From Balanoglossus misakiensis (Eukaryota; Animalia; Hemichordata): 64,000 bases of DNA. Shown here piece by piece: positions 1 through 12,000 of the stretch (position 1 is the stretch's first letter; every line of letters begins with the position of its first letter). The notes under the pieces were generated by a model, which was not told where the DNA came from, ran no database searches, and saw nothing but the letters and a program-made list of their open reading frames with translations. Location of the stretch: contig CM082589.2 in NCBI GenBank assembly GCA_040954595.2, positions 1,913,398 to 1,977,397 on the forward strand, given 5' to 3'. The position numbers were made by a program, and so were the translations under genes.

Positions 1-3000
1 CACTGTGTAATTGTATTAATTATCCAATTTGTTGTTTCTAAAGATTAACACAATTTGTTTTTGAGTGTTTGAGAGATTTTTAGTCTGGCATTGAAATGGA
101 GAAAATTTTGACGAAAAAATTGAAGAATGTCATAAAAGTCTGTCTGTATTGAGTTTATTCTTTCATGTATATGCAAATTCCACTCTGGGCTTTCTTGTTT
201 AAATCAGCCTTATCGTAATAGTTCTGCTTGGGTGGAAATGGCAATATCCTTGTATTCTATGGTGTTTGAACTTTTGGTAGCGATTAAATTTTGCATGTAT
301 GATTTACTTAAATGAATTGGATGAACCAATTTCGATAACAGAGCATTACATCAGCAAAATATGTCACATTGTTTTTAAAGGTGATGGAAATGTAGCCATT
401 TAGTGCAGAAAAAATGTTGCATTCAAACAACAAAACTTACAAATTTATGCAAAATACTGCATTAAAGGGACAATGTACCTATCTCTTGGGAATTTCTTCC
501 ACATGATGAAATTGTTTAGATCTACAAACAGACCATGAACTGATGATGTGTGATTGTTCCGTTAGCATAGCTTTATAAAAAACTTGCCGGACAACAAAAG
601 CTTATATTGTCAAGAGACTAAATGTACATGTACTTAAATTCATATGAAAGAAACTTGCAGGATTGTGGTCACACACCAGTCGAAAATTTTATCTGATTAT
701 CAAGGCCGTTTAAAAATTTATGAACTTTCAATTAAGGATAAAATTGGTGGCTGTACTCACTTTTCACGATTCATGTAAATTTGAGTGATAATTGCACTTT
801 TTGGTTGAACTGATTGACTTTGACAGTCTTGCCAAACCAATTATTTTGGTAATTATTAATGAATATTTCAATAACAGGTCCCATTTTGCAAACTGATGGA
901 AGGGTGTTAAGTTTGCTCAATAAATTCCCATGATTCTTTGTGATTCCTGTACATAATTATATTACTGTTTTTTACAAATTCATTCCTTGTTTTATTTGTC
1001 CCCCTAGTGATTTGAAAAAATACTATCACATAAATAATTTTGTAATGCTGTGCGACCTTTGACCTCAGTCAGCATAGTTTGGTACCAAGAGAACATTTCA
1101 CAAGTTTGTGGATGTGTTTATACAGTTGTTTCTTCGGTGTGAGACTGATTTATTCGGCAATGGGTCAGAAATGTGTGAAAAGTTTTCAAAAAGTGGGTCA
1201 TGGATCCAGTTTTGGGCGTTTGCAGTTTCTCCTGGTGAATCATGTCCGATGAGTAAAGGATGAAACATGTAAAGGTCACTGTGGGGTCACCCTTTTTTAT
1301 GAATCTGAATTAAAAACAGCTTGCAAATCTAGATTGATGGTTGTAACTTTTAACCTGTAACCCTTGACCAGAAAATCCATATTTTCAAATTGTGTATATG
1401 CTTTGTTTTCGGAAACAAACCTAGTTTTTATTACTCTGCCGTGATAATAAAACTTGAGTGTACAATAAATTGAAGTATGTGTCGCTTTCCGTTTTTGAGC
1501 CCCGGCAACAGAATTAAGATTGACCAAGCTGGGGGATCAATTTTTATATCTGATCCCCCTAGCTACAGGTGTAATCCCACAAAAGTAGCTGATTCTGGAG
1601 TTGACATTTGTCACATTCGTGTCGTGCGCTGCGTCACGGATGATCGTCTATTCAAATTTCATGCATTTTTTGAAAAAGTACAGTAAAGCGGTCATTAATA
1701 TTTCACCAGTCGACTATTTCCTAGAAATTTTTATAGTTAATAGTTTAAATTTTTCATGAACCAGACCACATCAGTCTGTAATTTTGTCTCCAAAATGAAC
1801 AGACCGAAAAGCCGGGGATTGATACGCTCCTCTCAAGTTTCAAAATACAGTGCACACTTTGCGAAATGTCATTATGTCATTATCAATATGTTACATGGTT
1901 CATATCATGCCAATCTTCAGCTTCTGATGAATTCTTGTGTATATAGATATTCTTGACATCATGTGAAATTATTTTTTTGGCCATTTTTTTCAATTTGTAT
2001 ACAATATAGCAGAAATTTGAGAAGTCAAACCCCCCTGTGAAGAATACATCACTTTTTAGGTGAACTTGCGAAATATGACATCATTTATGTTTAGACTGGA
2101 AGTTTTAAAAAATGACTTCCTACTGAGGCAGTCGTTTTGGAAGCAATAAATTGTGATGGGAAGCCCCGAGTCGCCTGGTGGGAAGTGAACTGACTTGATG
2201 TTCACTGCAAACGCGTACCCTCAAAACATCACTTAGAGTTCTCAATAAATTTTGGTCCTTATGAATAAATCACCCCAGAAGAGACTCCCATGGGATTGGG
2301 CGAACATCTGCCCTATACCGCTCTGCAAAAGGACCACTAATAGGCTTCCTGCAGTTCCCATGTCTTCGCATTGTCGTCTCATGGGAACCAAAAGAGGTAA
2401 TTTGTTAATAAGAGGAAGTTGGGAGGGGGGAGACGGTGATGTTGCTATGGTTACCCTGCTGATAAGACTAATGTTTTGTAGCGCTTTTTTCCCCCTGGTC
2501 TATGGTACAACAGTCAGCTGGCCTCCAGACCCTGTAATCTTTTTGTAAAAAATTAGATCCAAGGCTGGGCCCGAATTTGAATGCATCATTGTCATGGCAA
2601 CCGGTGATCTGCAAGGACACTGCTTTACTTAATCAGTAATAATTGTGCAAGTATTAAAAGTGGGACAAATTAGAGATATTTGGAAGAACACATCCTTTTT
2701 GTGCTGCTAGATTTTTGAAAATATGAATTGTATTTTTATTTGCTTATGGTTCAAAAGTACATCACCTCTCCTACTTGCTTTTTTTTGCCGCACAGGTCAA
2801 ATTATTAAAACCTCAACTCATGACACAATCACTGCCATAATATGAATTTTACCTGTTACAAGTAGTTAAAACAAGCATGTTATTTTGTATACTTTAATGA
2901 CACCTTCCAGTTGCCAGGGTTATTTCATTCGTAATTTAAAATAAAAAGTAATTTGTCTTAATTTTGAAAGTGCAATCAATCAATTCTAAACGGGACAATT

Positions 3001-6000
3001 CATTAATGTTGAAAATGTTCTGGGTAACACTTTGGCTTTTGAAGGGTAACTTGCTATAAAATGGTGTCATTAGCAACACGTCAACTTTGGAGTAAGTCAT
3101 CCGATTGATTACTTTCTAGGGTGTCACTGAGAATATTAATTATATGTGGGTTGATTTGTGGCCCGCATTGCATCAGAAAGAGTCAACGTCAAAATGTAGT
3201 CTGCAAAATGTGTCTTGCAAAAAATTGTAGAATTTGTTGAAAACATGGAAGAAAGTACAACAAATAAAAATTGGCACACATGAAATGTGATCTTTTGATT
3301 AAAACAAAACTGCAGTGAACTAAATTCTGTCAAAATTTATCTAAAATACAATTTGCTGTTTCAATTTTTTGAATGAATTCATACAGGTCTCTGCAGCAAA
3401 GTTCAGATTGTAAATCTGAAGTTTTCTTACTCGATTTGGTGGTAGATTGGACGAATCATTTGAGTATTGCAGAAGTCAGCAGGATTTACAAAAGAACGGT
3501 GGCTGAAAGATGATTAGTTCATTGATGTTTAGTTAGAGTCCATCAGTGAAACCTAACACTAACCCCCAAAATTTGAAGCAACCAGAAAGCGATGGGAAAC
3601 GGAGCCCAAATAGCCAATCACAGAACAGGTGACATCATGTTATTGAGTCACATGACAGGCCTCATTCTGGGCCACCAATCGGAAGGCAGGGTATTGATCC
3701 TTGAAACACTGTGGCGAGATCTGATGCATAGATAAGATATTCCATTATTACAGTGACTAGTCTGAGAATTCAATGTGCACAATATTTGATGCAGTGCACT
3801 GCCCTCTGCAGTTCGATTCTTGACTGGTTCAAACTAGTTGAATCCAGTCGTCACCCAGCGCAACCTGTTTCAGCAAACGACCAAAAGTATTAACTTCCTT
3901 TTCCAGGCACAGTCTTTTATAAATATGTCATATTGACTTTAAAATAAACTAGCCAATAACTCCTTTCAATGTGAACAAACAGAAAGATACCAGGACTATT
4001 TTTGAACTGCTGCAAAATATAATTCAACCATAAAAATGCAATACTATAAAATTCAAACAAAATATTATATTGGATCACAAAACAGAAAGTTACAAATTTG
4101 ATGAAAAACTGATCCGATATTTCCTTTTTGAAGTCAAAATTACAAGAAATTCATCAAATCTACAAAGTTAAAAGACATGAAATAATCCTGCTGTACAATT
4201 GTCATCCAGTGACAAATTATCAGTGGAAAAAAAATTAAAAAGTATTCCGAAAACTGGTAGAGAGGTACCATCACTTCAGAATTAAAAACATGAACGTAAG
4301 TAATTCACGGTTAAGAACTGAGGTAAATGGGTTAAAGCCAAGATAATTTGACCAAAAATGTTATCCGTAATAGAAAATCATAGATGAATGGAAATTTCCT
4401 AAGCTTTTGCTGTCGCTTGCAGCCATATTACCTCATGAATTATGCAATAGTGTATAAACCAGTAATACCTGAAATTTGCCATTCTTTTTTTTCATCTGTA
4501 GCTTTTTTCAGATATCTACATGCTCCTTTTTTATATGTAGGTTTTTGATAAAAACCAAATAAAAAGTTTCTCTGGTCCAGGTGTGCGTAAGTACTCCAGG
4601 AAAGTTTTCCCCGTTGAAATTTTTTTTGACCGTGTCAGTTTGGATGTTGGCGATGAAGAGATAGCAAGCTTTATCAAAGCACAGTGTACACCGCTTAAAA
4701 AAGGAAGCCTTTTAAGCTAATTAGCATAACAATAGAGCAACAGCAGGGAGCCCGATTAGCCATCCCTAGGGGGGAGACTGTATGTCTGCATGTCCTCGCA
4801 AAATGTGAGTGATAGGCTGCGGGATTGAAACCCAATCCTCAGCCAATGTTTGAAAATTGATCTTTTCGAAGATACTGGAATACCCAATTACCGGGGAAAC
4901 GAGTCCCTGAAAAATTGCGAGGCGGTACGTTATTTGACAGATATTTACACAAAAGGGACAATTTTTGTGAGGTGGTGTTTCGTTGCGTTGGACGGGAAAT
5001 GAAATATATTTCAGAATGGTGTGTGCGTCTTTGCGAAATCCAGTTGATGGCACCCACTTAAAAAAATATGGGGACCAATTTCGCCTCATTTGCATACGTG
5101 TCGCATTAAGGTTGATAATAACGACGCCTCATTCGACGATGACAAATTGCAATGAAAGGGAAATGGCACAATTTCAAAACTTAAGGATTGTAATTTCCAA
5201 GAAGAAAAAAAGCGAGGAGGCAGGTCGAATCAAAAAAGCTCGCAGAAGAAAAGAAAAAAGCGCACTTTTTTGTGCGATTGCGATGATGGTGTAATTGGCA
5301 AATTACGGGCGTTCTCTCTGCGTCTTTACTCAGTGTCTTATTAGAGACTGTTAATAGTAAAGCAATTACAAGACTAATGGGTATGCACTGACTTAGATGT
5401 TCCTGTTAATTCCCCTAATTAGTAGAACAGGAACCATCTGAAAAGAATACAGGAAAAGTTTTCAGAAAAATAGCGGTACTTTGCAGTTACGTGTTGCCAG
5501 CAGAGAAGAATCTGGCTAACATTTTGTGTTGTATTATAATCATTACAATATTATTTGTAGGTGATTTCTGAAACTTAAACAAGAAATATTGAGGTAGTTT
5601 ATGTAACTTTGAGTTTTCATATCTGCAGAAAATAATTTGTTTGTTTTGGACATCTTGAAAAAAATTGCAGAAATTGATTAAAAAGTTCTTTTGAGAGTGG
5701 AAATCTTGGCGGAAAATACTACTATATGTTGAGGCAAAAATCGATTAACTTGATAAACTGGATATAGATTTCAGTAATGCCTATATAGCAGAAAACATTT
5801 TGCAGTCCTTGTACAAATTTGATTTTTTAAAAGGGTCAACTTGTGACAAGAAACTTTTATTAAAATTACAACACAGAATGCGCCTGTTCCTTTGAAAGAT
5901 AAAAATGTTCAGTGGCTGCCTTTTGAGTCGTGGATATGTCTTGATTAGACACCATGGAATTAGTCCCTGGATTTTCGGCAGTCAATCCTAACACGTAGTC

Positions 6001-9000
6001 TAATTATTGTTCTCTATAAAGATGCTATGCAGGTCATTATGGGCTTTTTCCCCCCAAACGAACAAAAGATTGCAATACGTATCGGGAGTTTCATAAATAT
6101 TTGCCCGTTGTCAATGCTGTCAAAAGAGACCTGGCAAAGATTTTCTCAATTCACTGGGATATTTCCCACAGAAAATGAGCTTTTCAGTTGCCTTCATCCA
6201 GGAGCTCTTTCATGGCATAAAAGACTTAATCAGCAAAGTGTCCCAGAAATCAATTTCTAAACGGCATCTATGCATTTTGTCATTCAAAGAGCAGCTGATA
6301 CGGTTCACAATTCAGCTGGTTCTTTGACATGATTTTATTCCACCCAAATAATCGATAGTTTGCATTTAATTCATGGTTGTAGGCCAACTGGTTCCCATTG
6401 GAGCATATCAGCGCTGGCCACAAGAAATATTTCTTTCGTTTGGCAGCAGTGATAGACTTGAATTATGACTGTAAATGTGATTTGCCATGTAATCTTTAAA
6501 ATTGATTTCTTGAAGTGTTTGAGAGTGAGTTTTGCACACATGCCACCATGGTCGGCTAATGCATAAGTGGAAGTACTCTTGGTGTTTAAGGAGAAACACA
6601 AGAATAATTTGAGATGGCCAGACATCATTCATTGGCAGCAGCTGTAGAGGTCCCCTGTTTGACGCTTTGCAAATAACTTTGTAATTATTGATCTGATATT
6701 TCCTTCAAATTGATGAAATAAATTAAATTGATCTTTGTTCATTTATCCGTATAACCCTTCCTCAATGCACATTTTTCCCGCCTGAAATTAAGTAAACAAA
6801 TTTTCTTATTTTAGTCATTTTTTCATGAATCTCTGCTGAATTCTTGACCAACTGAGTTCGCAGTCAACTATTTATGAAAAATAATCACAAAATATTGCAG
6901 GGAAACCAGTGAAATCTGCTCAAATGGGCTTAATGGCAATTTGCAACAAATGAGTTTAGAGTTCTTCATGATCAGGGTTAAAAGGGGAGACCTACTCAAT
7001 CAAAAAAACATAGTTAGCTCATGTATCCTGAAATCCTAAACCTGCTCTAAATTACAATAATCTGAGTACGGTCATATTCAAAGCCAATAAAATTGACATC
7101 ATTTGCAATTGAAATAAGCCTTCTGTACCAACTCATTACCATGAATCCTTGACACATTAATTTTTTTATAAAAGTCTTGATTTTTCAACGGGGCATTTAA
7201 TTAATCATCCTTGCTGGTGTGTTTGTCACAAGCATGTTGTAAAGTGTATGCAAATTTATGACCAGCTTTTGAAAATTTGTCAGTTAATTTAATCGTAGCG
7301 CACACAAGGGTTGTAAAAAAGCTTACATAAACCAGGACATAGAAGATTTTGAAATTAAACTTACAGAACACCATATGCTGTACTATTCCAAACTCGAAGA
7401 TAATAAATTATTCCAAAATATTTTCAAACTACATTGTATATTTTATATTTTGGTGAAAGGGGGAAAAGGCCATTACAATAATACTGTGGATGGTGCAAAA
7501 CTGGAAGAAAAGAGATTAAAAATTAGAAAAACTCTAATAAAAGCAAATGTCTGTGCCCGGTAATTTACAGGCTTCAGATTCCAATCTCAAATGGGTTTTA
7601 CTTGGATGATGGGAAACCTTAAAATTGCAAAACTAATACTGCCAACTGTGTGTCTTAGATTTCATTTACCTCAAAACCATTCAGCGAAAATTTATTAACT
7701 TTGCTGCCGTCGGCAGTGCCCTCCTGTGCTTGTCTTTCGTACCTCGTAAGCTTTGCATGGTTTCTGTTGACTAATGATATGACTTTAACCAGTATGTAAT
7801 TCCCCCCCCCCCAAAAAAAAAGAAAAGAAAAAGAAATTAATGTTGGTCAACTTCAGCGGTGTCATTTTGTCAAAGACACATTATAAATGATATGATGTAC
7901 TTTGAAGTCTGATTACAGCCCATCGTATCACCATGTTATGGTTGCCATGGATACTGAAACATTTTTTTTGCAATTGTATTCCCTACAGATGCATCATTCA
8001 ATTTTTAATAAATTCTGCTTATAAATTATCAATTCTCTCAGAAAACATATCTGACAGATTTCATGTTCTAGTATTGAATTGCTTGTGATTATTCAAAGGT
8101 ACAGTAGCTACAACTTGCAGATATAGTTACATATAGAATGCTTTAAAGGCCAACTGTTAAGCTTGTCGACATTTCCTGTTTATGTGTAACCACCCAATGT
8201 TGTTGACAAATGAATTTGAAGTCCAGAGTCATACATGGTGGCGTCATTTTGTCAGTGAGAAGAAGTTTTTGCAGGTGTCCTTCCCAGAATGCATCAGTAT
8301 TCGAGGAACGGGTTGCGTTGGTAGCTTCCTGTCTGAGTAAAGTATTCACTGGTGTTTCAGAGATCAGTTGGAGGCACGCGCCATTCAAGGTGTCACTGTA
8401 GGGAATAGGTAGAATAGGTAAACATGACTCTAACAAACAGATTGATAATTCAACACATATTTGCATTAATTGTGAATCTGTTGAATCTCCAAGTCATCTG
8501 TTATTGAGTGACTCTCCCGCACGTGCCCCTAGTCCGTCAACCAGATGAGTCAATATTAAAAATTCTTCAGTTGTTCTGGCGGACGCGCAGAGAGCAAGAC
8601 ACGCGCAAATACGCACGAGGTCATAATTCATCGTGTTTGAAAAAAAATCAAGTTATCTCGTTTCGTTGGAGTGTTTTCAAATGTTGACTTTATGCTCGTG
8701 ATTGATGATAACAAACGTGTCAGATTTGAGACGGTGACGCGCGAGGTTGACTTCAAGAATTCTGTCATCGCTTGGTTTATGTTCAGCTTAGATGTAATCT
8801 TGTTGGATCACGCTTGCCTCCTTTTATGTCATTATGGCTCTGAATTGTAACCCTGCCTGCAGTAGAATTTCTTTAATTAAAAAAGCCTACTTTTTCTGCA
8901 AAATGCAGAAAAACTGTGATTAATGCTTTAATCTCAGTTTCCGAGAGGTCTTTTTTTCTGCTAGTTTGTCAAATTCAAAAATACTGCTACAAATGCCCTG

Positions 9001-12000
9001 ATACTATAAGTATAACATAAGTCAAAGTTTACGATTTAAACAGAAACACGTTTTCAGGCCATGAAACTTTGCTAGAAAAAAAGTTGGATGGTAATGTGCA
9101 GTCATGAGAGGAGTTCCAGGCAAAAAGGTGTGTACATTGTAAATACCAATCAGGCTATATGTGTACCATGTATCGTCGCTTTGGGAGTTGTAACGTTTTA
9201 TTGTCTTTGATAAATTACATTTCACTCTGCCAAAGCGTGTCCCAGGATTAACTCTTACACGGAGAGCACAATTTTCAAGAGTGGGCAACTCGTATCTGGA
9301 GTAGAAATACGTTTCGCTGGGTGATACATCCTGGGACTTAATTTGCACCTGTTTTTTAACATTGTAATCCTGTAAGCTTATCTGAAAATATATAAACATC
9401 TTACAACAATGTGAAAACATAATGAGAATTTTATAAAATGGCTTCTGAAATATGCAAAATGGTGTAAACATGGTATAATTTCAGATGATGTACTGACTAT
9501 TTTTGGGAGTCTTAATTTGATTAAAAGTTACCATATGCGTGATTACTTTGAAAAATTCATCCTTGGCTTCTTGTCTTTAAAAAAAAAAAAATTATAGGAT
9601 TTGTTTTCAATGGCAGGTAGATAAAAAAAGTCTGGGATCGAGATGATATGCATGATAAAGGCTTATGGCTGTACTCAGTGGACATTAATTCGATGAGGAG
9701 CGGCGATGAAGAGAGTCGGGGATTAGCGTTGGGATGGAGACTAATTTATGAGGACCGATGATTAGGGAAAGTGATACGCCAGCCGACGGACGGTGATGGA
9801 GACGCGAGTGGGATGCCATCATCACGAGACATGAGGTCACCGATGAAAACGTAAGTGTCTGCCATCAAAGTACACTCATCCCGGATCAAGCTTTTATAGA
9901 AGAGTCGGCGAGTTCACGGTCGGAGGTCACCCGCTTTCCGCCTGGAGATTGATTCGTAAAATGACAGTTTGAATTCTCATAAATGAATCATACCGTTAGT
10001 CACATTCACTGCCGAAATTAATATCATCGTTAAGTGGAGGGAAATCGCTGCAAAATGGGAAGCCGGGACTCATTCCCCATTAATCACACATTAAAAATTC
10101 AAAAACAATCCGCCGCAACAAATTGGGAGTTATTTCCCCCGTCGCACCGCTTTCAATCTAAATTTGCGCGCCGATGTTATCATCAACATGACTGCCAGAT
10201 GCAATTGTTGAATTAGCTTTGATAGCGTATTGTCCATTTAGCGCCCGTAACGCTTCGTAACTACCTTAATAAGTGTAACAGGACATGATAGAGGGAAGGT
10301 AGACAAGATTAAACATAAATAGCATTGTCACCTTGCCACATGTGGCAGACTCAGTTTAAAATTACCTTTTCAGAGCAGACACTAAATACCTGAACTTTCT
10401 TTAATTAATTAAACTCTTAGCTTCTTCAAGAGAAACTGTTTTCCAGACTTTAAAAGATCTAATCACAACACAGACAAGATGACACATATATAAAACTGAC
10501 AGATGAAAAAAATGAGTACTGTTTCAACCATTTTTTGAGTAGGGAAATGAATTTTTACTTTGGCACATAAAGTCTTAGCCGACCATTCACCCAGAACCCT
10601 CTGTGTGTGTGAAATAACACTGTCGGTTTACAGAATCATGTTTGCATGTGTGCGTTCGTGACTTGTTGTGGTTTTGTTTCCATATGTGGTATTGAAGGCA
10701 GGTGTGTTTGGTGATAGTGGTGTTCACATCACAAGTACAAGCTGTCACAGGACTGGGGTAAAAATCCTCGGGGGGGGGGGGGTATATTTGTGAAGGGCTA
10801 GTGCACAGGTAAATGTTACCGGGGTTCCCCAGTCATTTTTATGAGAGTTCCCCTTGGTGTATCAAAGGAGTCATATTTGAGTGACAGAAGTCTTGCCAGG
10901 GCTCCCAAATTGTTTACCTGTCGAATCACCCCAAACCTTTTGAAGTTTTCAAAGACATTTGGCAGATCTTGTCTGCATCCACACACACAAACATTATAAC
11001 AGTAAATTAAAGGCATCACCTGATAAATTTGATCGGGTGATCTTGGGGATAAACTCGGGAAAATTGCAACAGGATACATAGATAACCCCTTTCCATGATT
11101 CCCTATTTCCAGGGTCACTGAAATCACTCAAATGGCCAAGAGCTGTCAATCACTCCATCTCGACCTGTCGTCTACACCTGGTCATCGCAAACATTCAGCC
11201 ACTGACCAGATGTGACCATTCTCACGGCTCAAGTGGTCACCCCTTTTCTTATCATTCTTGTTCTGCTTTTTAAAGAGTTAGTGCCCTGATAGGAATTTGT
11301 TTTGACAAATCTGACCTAGATTGTTCTGGTATACCTGGACCCGGAAACTCTGTAGAAATGTTATTTTCCTGTACAGATTGGGGAAATGAGAAATATTACA
11401 TGAAACATCACTGAAATACATTATCACAATTCATAACAACTGTCCCCTTAAGGAAAGGGCAAGCATGTTTTGGTTTTTGAACTGCCTTTGAGCATTGAAA
11501 AGTCCCATGTGTGTATAAGCTATGCACATGCATCATTAACATACGATAGCGATCAAATTAAAATCAGACCATCGCGACAGTATGTTTCCACGAAATAATC
11601 ACACAGATATTTCTGAATGTATAAGCATGTGGCTTCTAATCAGCATGTTTTATCTTGTACTATTTCATCCACAACAACATTACATTTCACGCAACCTAAA
11701 CTTGTACACACATAGATGCTTGCGGGATTTGATATATTACCAAAATTAAATAGGCTGTCAAAATATTTTTTTTCAGGCCAAAGGCAATGAGCTGTTATTT
11801 TTCATCTTTGCCAAATTGCTTTCTCCTCAGATATTTATTATCACGCCCCAAGCTTTTTTTCACCCTGAAAACTATTAATTTGCAGATATGGCATCTTTGC
11901 AATGAAATAATAATAACCTATTTTTTCCTGAGTAAATAAATTATTGAAGGTTTCGTAAATTGAAAAGAAATTGTTGACATATTTCATTTAATGGCGAATA

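Noticed and set aside
9022-9471. 149-aa minus-strand ORF containing a possible 111-nt exon (TTACAG...GTAAGA)
   Set aside because: No recognisable domain and no partner exons found; compatible with chance.
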